This document shows, one piece after another, positions 50,276 through 60,552 of a stretch of DNA of 64,000 nucleotides. Position numbers and translations under genes: made by a program. The DNA is from Candidatus Binatia bacterium. GTDB taxonomy: Bacteria; Desulfobacterota; Binatia; Bin18. Position 1 is the first letter of the stretch, and every line of letters starts with the position of its first letter. The stretch lies in assembly GCA_963666315.2 (NCBI GenBank), contig CAXXHG010000032.1, positions 64,001-128,000 of the forward strand, read 5' to 3'. The notes beneath the pieces are model-generated. The model was not told the origin of the DNA, did not search any database, and saw only the letters and a program-made list of their open reading frames with translations.

Positions 50276-50460
50276 AACTCCCTCCCTTATAGTATTTATC
50301 CAATCATCTCACTTCGAATTTTTTGCACACGCGCAACACCATCCCGTGTCAACCTTAAACGAAGAAAAATACAGATTTCCCTCTACGGGGGCCCCTGTCT
50401 TGGCAACACGTTTTCATATGCTCCCCATGATCTGCAAGATCTGGAGGATCCATTTGAGCC

Positions 50461-51486
50461 TTAGTGAAAATGCGGCATGACTTCTGTGGCGAACAGTTCA
50501 AGACAACGCGACACTTTCTCCAGGGCCAGCCCCGGCAGATGCATGCCCATGGCCAAATGCGTCACGCGTGTTTCGTCCTGGTAGCGTTGAAGAGCCTGAA
50601 TACAGTCGTCCGGAGTCCCCGCCATAGGCGCTCCGCCCGGAATCGTAGGGTCTATGTTGCGCAGTTCTTCTATGCTGGGGACTTGGGACATGGCGCGATC
50701 GGCACGTAAATCTCCCGCTTGCTTCAGGAGCGGAAAGGCAGACGCAAACAGATAGTGCATATGCTCGCCCACCTCGTCCCAGGCCTGGTCTCGACTCTCG
50801 GCCACATACACCCAGCGCAGTTGGGCCAGAGAGAAGTCTTGCGGGTTGCGGCCGCAACGCTGCAGCTCAGCGTCATAGGCGCGCTGTTGAGCGACTTCGC
50901 CCGTACCCATGAGGTGAAATCCCATTCGAGCTGCCCGCTCCACGGCCTTTTTGCTTCGTGCGCCTATCCAGATGGGAGGATGAGGCTGCTGAACCGGTCG
51001 CGGGGTAAGACCGGCTTCCTTGAGGTGATACTAGTGTCCATCAAAGGAGAACGCATCGTGTGTCCACAGCCCGCGTATGACCTCAAGGTCTTCTTCCAAG
51101 CGGGCATCGCGTTGCTCGCGCGGGAAACCAAACGCATCAAACTCTTTGTTCCGATAGCCCTTCCCAACCCCAAGGTCGAACCGGCCATGGGATAAGATAT
51201 CGACGGTGATCGCATCCTCGGCAACACGCAGCGCGTGCTGGAAGGGCAGAACGAGAATAAAGGTACCGATGCGAATGCGCGTTGTGCGCGTGGCAATTCC
51301 CGCAGCCAACGGCAGCAATGCCGGCGACCAACCGTCATCGTCAAAGTGATGCTCGGTCAACCAGATATTATCGTAGCCGAGCTCTTCTATTCGGACGATC
51401 TGATCCAGCAGATCTTGATACAGAGTAGGAAAAGGCCGTTCCCAGCGGGCAGGATTCCAGAACGGCATCAAAAGACCAAATTTCAT
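50461..51486 (-). pseudogene. LLM-class oxidoreductase, frameshifted
   Basis: MKFGL..LTEHHF..RFDLGVGKGY then QQPHPPIW and a C-terminus in other frames (shifts near 50960-51040). Confidence 0.85.
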
Positions 51487-51833
51487 ACTTCCCCCCAGGC
51501 AGGCCCCACCAGAAATCGGGCAATCGTTCCAAACTTCATTTTTACCTTCTATTCTCCCCAATTCGGAATGAAGGTTCGTTCACTCTTATCACCTCACAGC
51601 GCTGTTTTCTGCTCGTTCAGACGATCTTTACAATGGCGGTCCCTTATGACTTGCATTATCAAGAGGTTGATGGCGAGTTGGATATGCTCCGTCATCTTTC
51701 CTCCTTGAGAACTTGCGCTACCCTGTATATTGCTGCGCCGCAGCCATATCCGCTGTGATATGGCGATGCAGGGCAACGCCGGTCACGCTGGTTGCAGCCG
51801 AGCGACGCCCAGAATGGACTTTTTGGACACGCT

Positions 51834-52336
51834 CTAAGATTTCTCAGCAGGGTTTCGTACGATCCCTAAGTCTCGTATCACCTCAGCTCCCAACTGCGTG
51901 AACACCTGGGACGAAATCCCAAACTTCAAACCCCGGCCGCCTCCGCCGAGGATAACCGACTCCAACTGCATCACCCGTTCATCAACGTATAGCGGCATGT
52001 CTGCTGGCAAGGAAAACGGCGTCACTCCGCCGACCTGCATGCCCGTTAGTGCGTTCATCTGCTCGGCGGACGCAAACGAGGCTTTGGATACACCCATGAG
52101 TTTGCGTACCCGTTTGTTCACATCGAGCTGGGTCGTGGCCAGGACCACACACGCCACAAACTTCTTGGGCCCCTTCTTGGACGCGACAATAATCGTGTTG
52201 CCGGACGTTTCCGGCGGATAGCCATATTTGTCACAAAATACTGCAGTTTCCGCATGCGCAGGGTCGATGGTAATCCGCTCGTAGGACACCCAATTTTTTC
52301 AAGCGCGTCGATAACCTGTTGTTCCGAAGATGTCAT
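51834..52336 (-). pseudogene. YbaK/ProX aminoacyl-tRNA editing domain protein, frameshift near 52290
   Basis: MTSSEQQVIDALEK / VSYE..NTIIV..TGMQVGGVTPF..GGG. Confidence 0.8.
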
Positions 52337-52346
52337 GCCGTCCTCC

Positions 52347-53701
52347 TTATTCAGCCGCTTTCACACCAATGTTTTGTGCAACTGATAATTCGCTAGACGC
52401 GACCCCTCCGAGGTCAATCTCGTGCGCTGGATGCACCCACAACCAGGCGAGCGCGCCAAACAACGCCAAGGCAGCGGTCGCGTACAACGCGCCGTCCCAA
52501 CCAATATACTGGGCCAGATAGGGAGTCAGCGTAGGCGAAATCGCGCCACCCAGGTTGCCGCCCATATTCATAAAACCGGAGACCGTGCCCGCATACGGCT
52601 TGTCCAAGTCTATCGTCACTGCCCAATACGACGATGTGCTCAGGGAGAGAGCGCCTGCTCCGAGTGACAGCCATACGATGGCAAGATATGGATCTTCTGC
52701 CGCCGCCCAGCGTAGATAAACCCGGCGACGCACAGAAAACTGACACTCCCGATTCCGCAGCGTCCCAGCCGCTTGCCGAAACGGCGACTCAGATGATCAC
52801 TCAGCCAGCCACCTATGGGGGATGCGATCGCGCTGGCCAAAAACGGCGCTGTGGTATAGAAGCCGCCGTCCAACATGGAGAAGCCACGCACGTTGACGAG
52901 GTATAGATAAAACCACGAAAAATAGATGTAAAAGATGTAGCCCAGCACAAAATACGCGGCGGTCAGAAACCACAGATCCCGCCGCCCCAAGAGGACGCGC
53001 CACGGAACACGGGCTAAAAATGGACTCGGTGTTGGACCGGAACTGGCATCCTGGTTGATATATTGCAACTCTGCTTGATTGACCCAAGGATGTTCTTTTG
53101 GCTGATCAGCGGCAAACCAGTACCAGACCAGCGCGACCACAACGCCGGCCCCACCAGTCAGATAAAATGTGGCGCGCCGGCCCCAAGTCACCATAATCCA
53201 GACAATCAGCGGAGGCGTGAGTGCCGCACCGACAGAGCTGCCGCTGATCGCAATGCCGTGCGCTAGCGCCCGCTCGTGTGGAGCCACCCAATTGGCTATC
53301 ATCCGGTTTCCATTCGGCGGCGCAGCGGCCTCACCCAAGCCGATCAAAATCCGCACCACAGCGAACGACCCGACAACCCCCACCAGAGATGTCAAAAACA
53401 GGTCACCCGCGACAGCGGTTGCTGCGGTGAAGACCGACCACCACAAAATGGCCCAGGTCAACACCCGCCGAGGACCGAAACGATCGCCCAGCCAGCCACC
53501 GGGAATCTGGACCAGGGCATAACCCAGGACAAAGGCACTAAAAATCCAGCCGAACTGAACATCGCTCAGCCCGTACTCGGGCATGATGTATCTGGCCGCA
53601 ATCGAGATGTTCACTCGATCGATGAACATCAATACATACACGACAAAGAGCAGCCCAATCATCAGCCAGCGCGTACGTGTAGGGGCTTCATTACATAACA
53701 A
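52347..53701 (-). pseudogene. MFS transporter (ACS/anion:cation symporter family), frameshift near 52715
   Basis: IDRVNIS, GWLGDRFGPRR and GTVSGFMNMGGNLGG motifs in two frames. Confidence 0.88.
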
Positions 53702-53822
53702 CTATAAATTTCTCTGAAATTGCGCTGATAGACAGCATGCCAACTTCACAGCAAAACGCCGGGTCGAAACCCGGCGCCTTGTTCCAGCTGAAGCTGTTTG
53801 CCAACCGCGAACCACTGCTGTG

Positions 53823-55574
53823 CTATCCAGCCGCCATATCATAACTACGCAGCATCTTGCCCGGCAGGGCCCCGCTGCACACCCCGTTTTCGAAAGTAAT
53901 CTGACCATTGATAAGCAGATACTGATAGCCGTCGGCCTTTTGTACCCGCCGCCAGTCGCCGTCGGGCAGGTCATGAAGCGTCTCCATCGGTCGCACCGCC
54001 AGCTTTTCTAAGTCATACACCACAATGTCTGCCGGCATACCCTCGCGCAGCCAGCCTCGGTCACGGATGCCGATTGCCCAGCCGACCATCGTCGACAGTC
54101 GCCAGTGCGCCTCTTCCAGGGTCATGATCTGCTTGTCACGTACCCAGTGGGTCAGGAAGTGGGTCGGATAGCGACCCAAGGTCAGGAACTTGGTATGCGC
54201 GCCACCATCTGAAGCACCAACCAGGCACAGGGGGTGCCTGATGATGGCGCTCAGGGCTTCTTCATCGTTGTTGATGAAGCCCTGCATAGCGAACTCGGTC
54301 TTAAGATCCTCTTCCACTGAAAGATCGAGCAACGCGTCGATGGGGTGTTTGCCTTGTTCCTGGGCTATTTCTGCAACCGTCCGGCCTTTGAGATGTGCAT
54401 TCTTTTCCAGATGGACATCATCCACAAACGTCTCATCCCAGCGGAACATCCGTAGCTGACCCTGTTCACCGTCGGGACTCTCACCCGGCATGATGGTTGG
54501 GGCCTTTTCCATATCGGCCTTGAGCGCCGCCCGCCGGCCTGGGTCGGCTAGCTTCATTTTGCGCTCTTCCTGGGTGCCTACCGTAGCTTCGTTCCACGCC
54601 GGCAATTGGTCAAAAAGCCCCATGGTTTCCAACGTGAACTCAAACTCAATCGGCATGCAGATATTCACCGGCAGCACCGGCGCTTCTTTATTCGCCCGCT
54701 CCGTCCAGGCTAATTGCTCGCGCCAGGTGTTGGGCGAAGAAGGATCATAAATAATGGCATTCCAGTTCACCGGCCGGCCGCTCGTCTTGGCCAACTCCAA
54801 CAAGAAGTCCATACCCAACCCCTGCAAGGCATGCCCCATCGTCCACTCGATAGAGCCTCGGTTGAACTCGCGCATGACGGACGCCATTTCCAGAAACTCT
54901 TCACGCGGTGCCACATGGGTCGGCAAATAGCCGCCATCGTAGTCACGATTGGCCATACTAAAGCTGGCCGAAAAGCCAAAACCACCGGCCTGCAGGCCTT
55001 CTCGCAACAGATGCTTCAGCTCTGCGACCTGTTCCGGCGTCGTCTTGTAATCAGGATCCCGAGCCTCGTCATTGCCTAGTACCCAGGCACGCAGCGGAGA
55101 GTACGGCACGAGCGAAGCGGCATTAATGCCCAGCCCGCCACGCTCCAGACTGTCTAAATATTCAGGAAAGGTCACCCAGTCCCAACGCATGCCGGCTTGC
55201 ATACATGACAGCGGAATGGACTCGGTGCGCTCCATACGCCGCATGGCCCGGTCGCGATCTTCCGGGCGAACAGGTGCAAAACCAAATCCGCAGTTGCCTA
55301 TGGCTACGGTGGTCACCCCGTGCCAGCCCGAGAGGGTGGCATACGGGTCCCATGCAGTACCGCCGCTGAGAGCCGCATCGTAATGAGTATGGATGTCTAT
55401 AAACCCAGGCGCGACGATCAGCCCGGTCGCATCAATGACCCGTGCGGCACTGCCCTGGATATTCCCTATGGCCACGATCTTGCCGGTACGGATCGCAATA
55501 TCCCCCCGATAGCGGGGAATTCGCAATCCATCGATGATCGTACCATTCTTGATGAGTAGGTCGTACTCTGCCAT
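53823..55574 (-). CDS. N-acyl-D-amino-acid deacylase-like amidohydrolase
   Basis: APGFIDIHTHYD, GNCGF and SDGGAH motifs; paralog of 48533-50275. Confidence 0.92.
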   Translation of the reverse strand: MAEYDLLIKNGTIIDGLRIPRYRGDIAIRTGKIVAIGNIQGSAARVIDATGLIVAPGFIDIHTHYDAALSGGTAWDPYATLSGWHGVTTVAIGNCGFGFAPVRPEDRDRAMRRMERTESIPLSCMQAGMRWDWVTFPEYLDSLERGGLGINAASLVPYSPLRAWVLGNDEARDPDYKTTPEQVAELKHLLREGLQAGGFGFSASFSMANRDYDGGYLPTHVAPREEFLEMASVMREFNRGSIEWTMGHALQGLGMDFLLELAKTSGRPVNWNAIIYDPSSPNTWREQLAWTERANKEAPVLPVNICMPIEFEFTLETMGLFDQLPAWNEATVGTQEERKMKLADPGRRAALKADMEKAPTIMPGESPDGEQGQLRMFRWDETFVDDVHLEKNAHLKGRTVAEIAQEQGKHPIDALLDLSVEEDLKTEFAMQGFINNDEEALSAIIRHPLCLVGASDGGAHTKFLTLGRYPTHFLTHWVRDKQIMTLEEAHWRLSTMVGWAIGIRDRGWLREGMPADIVVYDLEKLAVRPMETLHDLPDGDWRRVQKADGYQYLLINGQITFENGVCSGALPGKMLRSYDMAAG

Positions 55575-55733
55575 CTTACCCCTCCTTTGACTCCGAGGAG
55601 CCAGTTATATGGTGCATATCATCCTTCCCCATAGCGACGCCGTTCATACCCAAGTTGGAACACCGAAACACGTCGCCGCGCAGTCCCATCCTGTAACGGA
55701 ACGCCGCTCGATTACAAGGGTTTCGAAGTATTT

Positions 55734-56153
55734 TTAGGAGGCGATCGCGTCCAGTCCGGCCTGGGCACAGGCTATGTCTTGTTCTACCGTCCCGCCACTC
55801 ACACCGATTGCTCCGACCACCGCATCCCCAATGCGAATAGGCAAACCGCCGCCAAAGGTCACAATACGCGGGATATGCGGCACCCCAGCCAGGAGCGCTG
55901 GGTCATCCTTTATAAAGTTAAAAAACTCGTGCGACGGCATACCAAAAAGTGCGGTATAGGCTTTGTTCTGGGACACCTCGATGCTGACTAACGGCGTACC
56001 ATCCATACGCCAAAACGCCTTGAGCAGTCCACTCTCGTCGAGCACGGCGGCAACTTGGGGTACACCCAGTTCCTTCGCTTTGGCGATAGCCGCCGCCACC
56101 ATCTTTTGTGCGAGTTCGTCGGTAACACTCTGTTTCTCAAATGTTTGCGCCAT
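55734..56153 (-). CDS. GlcG/HbpS family heme-binding protein
   Basis: AVLDESG..RMDG..NKAYTA..GGLP..GVSGG; ATG 56153 with AAGGAG SD. Confidence 0.9.
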   Translation of the reverse strand: MAQTFEKQSVTDELAQKMVAAAIAKAKELGVPQVAAVLDESGLLKAFWRMDGTPLVSIEVSQNKAYTALFGMPSHEFFNFIKDDPALLAGVPHIPRIVTFGGGLPIRIGDAVVGAIGVSGGTVEQDIACAQAGLDAIAS

Positions 56154-56166
56154 GGTTCTCTCCTTT

Positions 56167-57072
56167 TTATAAATGCGTCTCAAACCATTCTTGAATATGT
56201 GGCAGACTCTGATCGAGTCCGGGTCTGGAGATAACATCGCTGTGCCCGAGTCCCGGCAGAATGACTATTTTCTTCGGCTTGCCCGCTTTCGCATACATAG
56301 ACTGGGATTCTTCCATAGATACCCGCTCGTCCGCGTCGCCATGCAACCACAGAATCGCACGGGGTGATATCTGATGCACGACGGACTCGGGTCGATAGGC
56401 AATCAACGCCTCACCCGAGGTCAACGTAATCTCCCGACTCCACTGCGGATACTGATCCAGAATCTCGGAAAACAGGGCAGTCGTACTCTCCGGCTCAGGC
56501 ACGATCTCATTGGCCTGGACATACTGCTCACGGCCAGTCAGCACACGCTCACGCCGGTTATCTGCTAAGCGCTGCAGCAAGGCCTTCCATTCCCAGAAAT
56601 GACACGCGTCACGAATCCAGCGCCCACAGTCGCCAATACCGCATACGCTCGCGGTGGCTTTGACGCGTTCCTCAACCCCGGCGGCATAGCTGACGTTGGC
56701 CCCACCCAGGCTGACGCCCAGTAATCCAATGCGTTCCGGATCGACCTGTGGCTGCTGCTGTGGAAACGTCACAGCATTGCGGATATCCTCGATCTGTCGC
56801 ATGGGAATAATCTGTCGTCGCGGCTCCCCACCACTCGCGCCAAGAAAGCGGTAGTCGAACGTCAGGACGACATACCCAGCCTGAGCCAAGCGCTGGGCAA
56901 TATCGGGCAATAGGACTTCTTTTACGGCGGTGAAACCGTGGCACATCACAACGCCCGGTTTCTTTGTCTCGGAGGCCGGATTATCGGGCAGGTTATCAGG
57001 TGGATTATCAGGCAAGAAAAAGACGCCTGCGAGAGGGACACTTTCACTATAGAACTGAACCGATCGTTCCAT
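56167..57072 (-). CDS. Alpha/beta hydrolase
   Basis: CHGF, GVSLGG nucleophile elbow, HGDADERV and GH motifs. Confidence 0.9.
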   Translation of the reverse strand: MERSVQFYSESVPLAGVFFLPDNPPDNLPDNPASETKKPGVVMCHGFTAVKEVLLPDIAQRLAQAGYVVLTFDYRFLGASGGEPRRQIIPMRQIEDIRNAVTFPQQQPQVDPERIGLLGVSLGGANVSYAAGVEERVKATASVCGIGDCGRWIRDACHFWEWKALLQRLADNRRERVLTGREQYVQANEIVPEPESTTALFSEILDQYPQWSREITLTSGEALIAYRPESVVHQISPRAILWLHGDADERVSMEESQSMYAKAGKPKKIVILPGLGHSDVISRPGLDQSLPHIQEWFETHL

Positions 57073-57159
57073 ACTCCCACTCCCCCTTGACCCCTGTGTT
57101 TCTACCAGGCTGAGGGGGGTTCAGCTACAGCTCAGAAGCTGTTGAAAAAAAGGGAGCAG

Positions 57160-57348
57160 TCAACGTATGCCACGACTAGCGGCCCTGAAAATGACAACGC
57201 GCACGGTTTCATCGCAATCACACTCTTTGAGGACTTGCAGCAACTCCAGTCCGACCCGAATATTGATAGCATTCAGACGCTCAAGCCGATTGAGCGTAAT
57301 ACGACAAATGCCTTGGTCTTGTTGAACAAGTAGGTAGCGATAATCCAT
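57160..57348 (-). pseudogene. Enoyl-CoA hydratase/isomerase N-terminal fragment
   Basis: ICRITLNR.ERLNAIN..DETVRVVI, then truncated. Confidence 0.8.
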
Positions 57349-57587
57349 ACGCCTTCTCCATCTCTAGTGTCGTTCTTGTCGTGTTGTATCAAGATGAGGC
57401 TCGCTTGAAAAACGCCGGGCATCAACGGACAATACCGTCACGATGTACGTCAATCGAGATTTCCGAGATTTCCGAGACTTCCGTTATATGTTCTTCTGAT
57501 CGGCATGCCTGCTGCCTCGAACCATGACGGCAGCCTCAAACGACGCGACGACGGCTGCACACGCACAGAATGACTATCGGGATTCCT

Positions 57588-57799
57588 GTAGGGTGCAGCC
57601 TCTGCACCGTTCGGGTTGGTGCGCAGGGCGCACCCTACTGCTACGTCTACATTAAAACTGTGCGCTGTCTTGCCGTCGTTCTCCTTCGACAAGCTCAGGG
57701 CGAATGGGAAGAGTCCGTGAGGCACGGAATCGTTCGTGCTGAGCCCGTCGAAGCATGAACGCGCGGGGGTGCACTCTTTTAGGCTGGACGCCCTACTAC
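57588..57799. repeat. GTAG-REP doublet plus MITE-like REP doublet (copy 2)
   Basis: GTAGGGTGC...GCACCCTAC (57588-57638) abutting the CCTTCGACAAGCTCAGGGCGAA / TTCGTGCTGAGCCCGTCGAAGCATGAACG element. Confidence 0.72.
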
Positions 57800-57877
57800 C
57801 AAACACGGCTGGAGTAATTATCGCTAAGAAGCTGAGTTAGATACCCAACAGGACAGGCTCAAACTGATTCTTAGCGT

Positions 57878-58212
57878 TTATTTCGCAGGTAGTGACGAGG
57901 CACAGTCAGCCGCCTGCTTGACCCATTTCCGCAGGCTGCGGTCTGTTGTATAGCCAGCCAGTTCCACGATCACCATGCTTTTCAAGCGGCGACCTGTGAA
58001 GTCACACGATCGCACGTGTTGCTGCTTGAGGGCTTGTTCGCTCCGCTCCGGCCCAAGCCGGAGCACCAGGTCATCATTTTTGGTCACCCCACAGCACATA
58101 TTGCCCTGCATCATGAAGGTCAGGCCTCCGAGCATCCTTTTCTCAGTCAGTGATTCCCGTCTGGCTAGGACTTTTCGGATACGTCCAACCACAGTTTTTC
58201 GTCGTACGCCAT
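57878..58212 (-). pseudogene. TfoX/Sxy N-terminal domain protein, early frameshift
   Basis: MAYDEKL / RIRKVL..EKRMLGGLTFM..GNMCCGV..DFTGR. Confidence 0.8.
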
Positions 58213-58272
58213 GAGTCACCTCCGATTCTCTTTTTGCGGCCGTAGCCTTACATCTGCGGCATTTTCGGAGAC

Positions 58273-58635
58273 TTAGGGATATCCGGATTCATGACATCCC
58301 ACGGCGGGCCGGTACCAGCTCGGATCGTCCATGCTGCCTACTCTGACGGCCATGAGCTGTGGCATGCCCGAGTTTTTGGCAACCAAGGGCGAGCTGCACT
58401 CGGGACAGAAGCCGCGGCTGACAATATTCCCGCTGTGAGCCTTCACATCGTGATATTTTGGTTCACCATTTGTGAGGGTAAAGGCCTCTTGCGGCACCAA
58501 TATATTTGCGGCAAAGGCACTGCCGCTAACCTGTTGGCAGTCTCGGCAGTGACAATTCCCAGCCATAACCGGTTCGGCCTTGCATTCGTACCGGATAGCA
58601 CCGCACCGACACCCACCAGTAAAGGGAGTAGCCAT
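58273..58635 (-). CDS. GFA (glutathione-dependent formaldehyde-activating)/CENP-V family protein, C-terminus probably truncated
   Basis: GGCRCG, CHCRDCQ and FCPEC motifs. Confidence 0.88.
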   Translation of the reverse strand: MATPFTGGCRCGAIRYECKAEPVMAGNCHCRDCQQVSGSAFAANILVPQEAFTLTNGEPKYHDVKAHSGNIVSRGFCPECSSPLVAKNSGMPQLMAVRVGSMDDPSWYRPAVGCHESGYP

Positions 58636-58712
58636 ATATCCGTTCTCCTTCTTGTGTTCTTGATACTATGTAGATGAACACGTTCGCCCGAAACCGACAC
58701 GGACAGGAGAAA

Positions 58713-59961
58713 TTATTTTGGACTAGCGATCTTTCTTTGTAGGGCGGCCTGCTCGCTCGGATTTTGTGTGAGCGACAGGGCCGTTGCATAGGCAGCGCAC
58801 GCGCGCGCGGCCTGATTGTCTTCGGCCAGCAACGCCCCAAGCGCTGCGTAAAAATGATGGTAGCGCTGGATTTCAGGCGAGTCTTCAATAGTGCGCAACA
58901 GTGCAATCCCGGCTGCGGCACCCTGCACCTGGGCCACGGCCACCGCCTGGTTCAATCGGACAACGGGTGACGGCTGACAGCATTCGAGGATATCACACAG
59001 CTCGGCAATCTGTGTCCAGTCAGTGTTTGCAGCCTGACGCGCTTCACAGTGCACGTCGGCAACAGCGGCCTGGACTTGATACGGGCCGGGCTGCTGCTGT
59101 CGCAGGGCTTTCTCAACGAGCGCACTACCTTCGACAATCAAGCTATGATCCCAGCGCGCGCTTCTGCTCATCCAAAGGAATAATGTGACCAGCTGTGTCT
59201 AAGCGTGCTCCAGAGCGTGAGCGTTGGAGGAGGAGCAGCGCCAGGAGGCCGGTCACCTCGGGCTCAGCTCGGAACAGACGAGAGAGCATGCGTGCCAAGC
59301 GAATCGCCTCAATACACAGGTCGGTGAGAATGAGCTCTGGGCTTCCCGAGGCGTTGTATCCTTCGTTAAAGAGCAGATACGTTACCGCGAGTACGGCATC
59401 CAAACGTTCCGACACTTGGGCTGCAGTCGGCACTTCATACGGAATCCGCGCGTCCCGGATTTTACGTTTGGCGCAGGTGATACGTTGCTCGATGGTTTTT
59501 GGTGGAACCAGAAATGCGCGCGCGATCTCTGGCCCAGTGAGGCCGGCAATGGTCTTTAACGTCAATGCAACCTGCACCTCTTGAGCCAAGGCGGGATGAC
59601 AACACGTAAAAATCAGCCGCAACAGGTCATCATCAAAATGCTGGCTTGCTTCTGCCTCGGCAACCGGCCTAGCAGTAACGCTCTCACCAGTCACATTGTT
59701 ACCAGCTTCTGCGCGGACTGTCGTACTATGCCGGACTTCCAGCGTGTATCGCCGCTGAAGATCAATGGCTTTATTCCGACCGGTCGTCACCAGCCAGGCA
59801 ACCGGATTGCCGGGGACGCCCTCACGCGACCATACTTCGAGCGCACGGGCTATGGCCTCCCGCAAAATATCCTCAGCCGCGTCGATGTCACTCAAGAGGC
59901 GAATGAGGGTGGCCAGCGCACGCGGGTACGCAGTCTTGAGACTGACTGCGAGTTCGTCCAC
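58713..59961 (-). pseudogene. ECF42-type sigma factor with DUF6596/TPR extension, frameshift near 59160
   Basis: DDDLLRLIFTCCHPAL, YLLFNEGY and GPYQVQAA motifs in two frames. Confidence 0.88.
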
Positions 59962-59967
59962 TATGGG

Positions 59968-60333
59968 CTACCCCGCGGGCAGACTCTCATAATGGGCAAT
60001 GGGTCTGATCTCAATGCTACCCGTATCGACATTGGGAATCCCTTGCGCATACTCGATTGCCTCATCAAGATTCTTGCAATCGAACACATACAGACCGACC
60101 AAGTGTTCTTTTGTCTCAGCAAACGGACCATCGAGAATAGTCGTCTTGCCCGCCCTGCGTTTTACGGTGGTGGCCGTACCACTAGGGGTAAGTTCGTTGG
60201 CGAGCAGAAAGGTATTATTAGCCTTCGTCTTCTCCTGCAGGCTGCGGTGGCGGGTCAGGGCCTCCTTCAGATCAGCCTCAGACCAATTCTCCATCACTTC
60301 TTCAGCCTGATAAATGAGCAACGCGTATTGCAT
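59968..60333 (-). CDS. YCII/DGPF family protein
   Basis: DGPFAETKE and IEIRP motifs; typical ECF42 partner. Confidence 0.92.
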   Translation of the reverse strand: MQYALLIYQAEEVMENWSEADLKEALTRHRSLQEKTKANNTFLLANELTPSGTATTVKRRAGKTTILDGPFAETKEHLVGLYVFDCKNLDEAIEYAQGIPNVDTGSIEIRPIAHYESLPAG

Positions 60334-60552
60334 CGCAGCCCCTTTGCCTGTCGTTCCCGAGTCATTATCAAGTCACTATATAGACGAACCCGGACGACCA
60401 TTGCCGACACCCAGGAGAAATTAGGAGAAACCAGGAGGAAATAGTTCCTTAGGGTTTCTCCTTTTCCCTGCCTGTTTATCTCAGGGAGGGAAAGATTTCG
60501 ACAGATCTTGCGGGCCAGAGAGTTCGGAATTTCAGTGTGGCGGAGGTCCTTA

